1,196 bases of DNA from Naegleria gruberi (taxonomy: Eukaryota): NCBI GenBank assembly GCA_000004985.1, contig GG739507.1. One strand, written 5' to 3'. Under the pieces are notes generated by a model. The model did not search any database. It was given only the letters and a program-made list of their open reading frames with translations, and was not told the origin of the DNA. The translations under genes and the position numbers were made by a program. This document shows positions 1-1,196 of the stretch, piece by piece. The first letter of the stretch is position 1. Each line of letters begins with the position of its first letter.

Positions 1-1196
1 AATAATATAAAATCATCATCATTATCATTGAATAAATTTACATCTTCAATAATATCATCATTTAATAAAAATAAATCCTATCGGAATGTAACAATAATAA
101 TAATAATATCATTTATAATATTCATTTCAATATTATTATTATTATTTTCATCATCATCTAATAATACAACTACTACAACTACTCTAAATAATAATAATAT
201 AAATAATTTAAATAATTTAAATAATAATATAAATAATAATATAAATATAAATTTAAATAATAATATAGAATTTATAAATAAACAAAAAAAAGAAATTAAA
301 TGTAATTTACAATTTTTAATAGTATCATCACCTAGAAATGTATTAAAAAAATATTCATTATCACCATTTCATTATTTAAATCAAACAGTAGAAGGTATAT
401 TAAATTTAGAAAATGATTTTTTTAAACCATGTATTACTATATTAAGTGTTAAAGGATATAAATATGGTATTGAAATTTATAATTTATTAAAAAATTATTA
501 TAATTTAAATAATATACAAATTATAAATAATTTAAATAATTTAAATAATTTAAAATTTTCAAGTTTATTATTAGATTTTAAAAAAAAACAACATTTAAAT
601 GATTTTTATTCTTTATTTAATCAAATTAAAAATTATTTTTTAAATGAAAATATAATGATAATGGAAGATGATTTTTTAATGTGTGAAAATTCAGTTTATC
701 ATTTAATTTATACATTAATAGAAATGAATAAATATAAATGGAGTGGTGTTAGAGTTTCATTTGGATTAAATGGTATTATTTTAAATGGAAATGAATTAAT
801 TAATATTATTCAATTTTTAAAATTTCATATTGGTAGATCAACTCCAATAGATTGGTTATTAGAAGAATTTTGGAATGAATTTGATAAAATGGGTTTTAAT
901 TATTTTAATTATTTTAATTTAAATAATAATTTAAATAATTTAAAAAATAATAATTTAAATTTAAATTTAAATAATAATTTTAATAATAATAATTTAAATA
1001 TATTAGAATATAAAAAATTTAAAACATATAGATTTCAATTAATGAAACATATAGGTGTAATATCATCAGTTGGTAATGAAAGAACACATGAAACTAATGA
1101 TTTATATTTTCCACATTGTTATGAAACTTTACATGATGCTAAATTAATGTTTAATTTTGATGTTAATTCTTGTTCTCATTCTTTATTTTATCCATG
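1..1196 (+). CDS. Internal fragment (5' and 3' partial) of a putative type II membrane (Golgi-type) glycosyltransferase. It has a DxD-like motif, is Asn-rich and uses Dictyostelid-style codons. Frame 1, no stop codon in the window.
   Basis: Translating frame 1 (codons at 1, 4, 7 ...) gives no stop in 398 codons; the last 2 nt are a partial codon. This is highly non-random at this A+T content, where TAA/TAG/TGA are frequent in the other five frames. The translation reads ...NKSYRNVTIIIIISFIIFISILLLLFSSSSNNTTTTTT...CNLQFLIVSSPRNVLKKYSLSPFHYLNQTVEGILNLENDFFKPCITILSVKGYKYGIEIY...DFYSLFNQIKNYFLNENIMIMEDDFLMCENSVYHLIYTLIEMNKYKWSGVRVSFGLNGIILNGNELINIIQFLKFHIGRSTPIDWLLEEFWNEFDKMGF...KTYRFQLMKHIGVISSVGNERTHETNDLYFPHCYETLHDAKLMFNFDVNSCSHSLFYP. 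The first in-frame Met codon is at 655-657, which is implausibly late, so the start is upstream of the window. Confidence 0.85.
88..147 (+). other. Signal-anchor / transmembrane helix of the encoded protein (VTIIIIISFIIFISILLLLF).
   Basis: Twenty consecutive residues are hydrophobic (Ile/Leu/Phe/Val) with at most two Ser/Thr. On the N-side are the basic residues K-N-K-S-Y-R (nt 67-84), which suggests an N-in cytoplasmic tail. A Ser/Thr-rich stretch follows. This is the classic type II Golgi glycosyltransferase topology. Confidence 0.7.
148..267 (+). repeat. In-frame low-complexity Ser/Thr/Asn 'stem' region (SSSSNNTTTTTTLNNNNINNLNNLNNNINNNININLNNN). It includes a tandem (aataattta)x2 at about 202-219 and an (act/aca)6 Thr run at 166-183.
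   Basis: Codon-level repeats of aat, tta, ata and act/aca, read directly from the sequence in frame 1. Confidence 0.8.
502..552 (+). repeat. In-frame Asn/Leu/Ile low-complexity insertion (NLNNIQIINNLNNLNNL). It contains a perfect 3-unit tandem repeat of the 9-mer aataattta at 526-552.
   Basis: aataattta aataattta aataattta is read directly at 526-552. It is in phase with frame 1 and encodes Asn-Asn-Leu three times. Confidence 0.85.
664..672 (+). other. Candidate DxD-type (E-D-D) divalent-cation / nucleotide-sugar binding motif of a GT-A fold glycosyltransferase.
   Basis: The codons gaa gat gat fall within the hydrophobic context I-M-I-M-E-D-D-F-L-M. In GT-A enzymes, acidic pairs flanked by hydrophobic beta-strand residues are the canonical metal-binding motif. 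The functional assignment is inference. Confidence 0.45.
895..1005 (+). repeat. In-frame Phe/Asn/Tyr then Asn/Leu low-complexity insertion (FNYFNYFNLNNNLNNLKNNNLNLNLNNNFNNNNLNIL). It contains (ttttaatta)x2 plus one imperfect unit at 895-921 and (aataattta)x2 at 925-942.
   Basis: Repeats read directly from the sequence. The insertion lies between conserved-looking blocks (...TPIDWLLEEFWNEFDKMG and KTYRFQLMKHIGVISS...), so it probably loops out of the catalytic domain. Confidence 0.8.

Noticed and set aside
76-84. Cluster of rare G/C-containing codons (tcc, cgg) near the 5' end as a possible foreign or regulatory island.
   Set aside because: It is only two codons in an otherwise uniform composition and encodes ordinary Ser and Arg in the cytoplasmic tail. 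This is insufficient to support any claim.
286-294. Poly-A tracts (286-293, 580-588) as polyadenylation signals or terminators.
   Set aside because: They lie inside the open frame encoding Lys runs, with coding sequence continuing on both sides. An aataaa-like hexamer is unavoidable in this composition and carries no signal value here.
655-663. ATG codons at 655-657 and 661-663 (aat ata atg ata atg gaa) as a possible translation start of a shorter gene.
   Set aside because: The frame is open and protein-like (TM helix, S/T stem, 'FLIVSSPRN' block) for 654 nt upstream. These are internal Met residues (IMIMEDD), and the real start is upstream of the window.
202-1005. Regularly spaced short direct repeats (aataattta, ttttaatta) that could superficially resemble a CRISPR array or another prokaryotic repeat locus.
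   Set aside because: The units are 9 nt, directly tandem with no spacers, and exactly in phase with the long ORF, where they encode Asn-Asn-Leu or Phe-Asn-Tyr. These are coding microsatellites in an A+T-rich eukaryotic gene, not a CRISPR array.
1-1196. Possibility of a novel prokaryotic defence or accessory system, as hinted by the task framing.
   Set aside because: No Shine-Dalgarno-like elements, no operon-style gene packing and no bacterial codon usage. The window is one eukaryotic exon fragment. Claiming a novel system would be unsupported.
1-1196. ORFs on the reverse strand or in the other + frames.
   Set aside because: At this A+T content, TAA/TAG/TGA occur every few codons in all five other frames (e.g. 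the reverse complement of the abundant tta codons is taa). Only frame 1 is open.
1-1196. Spliceosomal intron somewhere in the window. Dictyostelium introns are short, >90% A+T, and start with gtaagt or similar.
   Set aside because: No gtaag/gtatg ... ag segment interrupts the frame. An A+T-rich intron would almost certainly introduce in-frame stops, and none are present, so the window is treated as one continuous exon.

Overview
Read in frame 1 on the + strand, all 1196 nt form a single open reading frame with no stop codon; it runs off both ends of the window. The first in-frame ATG is at nt 655, and the translated sequence upstream of it is clearly protein-like, so the true start lies upstream of nt 1. 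The sequence is extremely A+T-rich and uses AAT/TTA/CAA/GGT/AGA/ACA codons with long in-frame poly-Asn tracts. That pattern fits a nuclear gene from a social amoeba (Dictyostelium-like) and does not fit bacterial or phage DNA. The encoded fragment has the layout of a type II Golgi glycosyltransferase: a short Ser-rich cytoplasmic tail, a 20-residue hydrophobic signal-anchor, a Ser/Thr/Asn low-complexity stem, and then a globular domain. The globular domain begins with 'QFLIVSSPRN', carries an 'IMIMEDDFLM' (DxD-type) motif, and ends in a His/Cys-rich segment 'RFQLMKHIGVISS...HETNDLYFPHCYETLHD...CSHS'. Two poly-Asn/Leu insertions interrupt this domain. Both, and the stem, are built from perfect tandem 9-nt (aataattta = Asn-Asn-Leu) units. 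I see no RNA genes, mobile elements, CRISPR arrays, promoters, terminators or prokaryotic defence or operon structure. The family assignment (possibly a GnT-IV/GT54-like or other GT-A enzyme) is tentative and needs a profile search.
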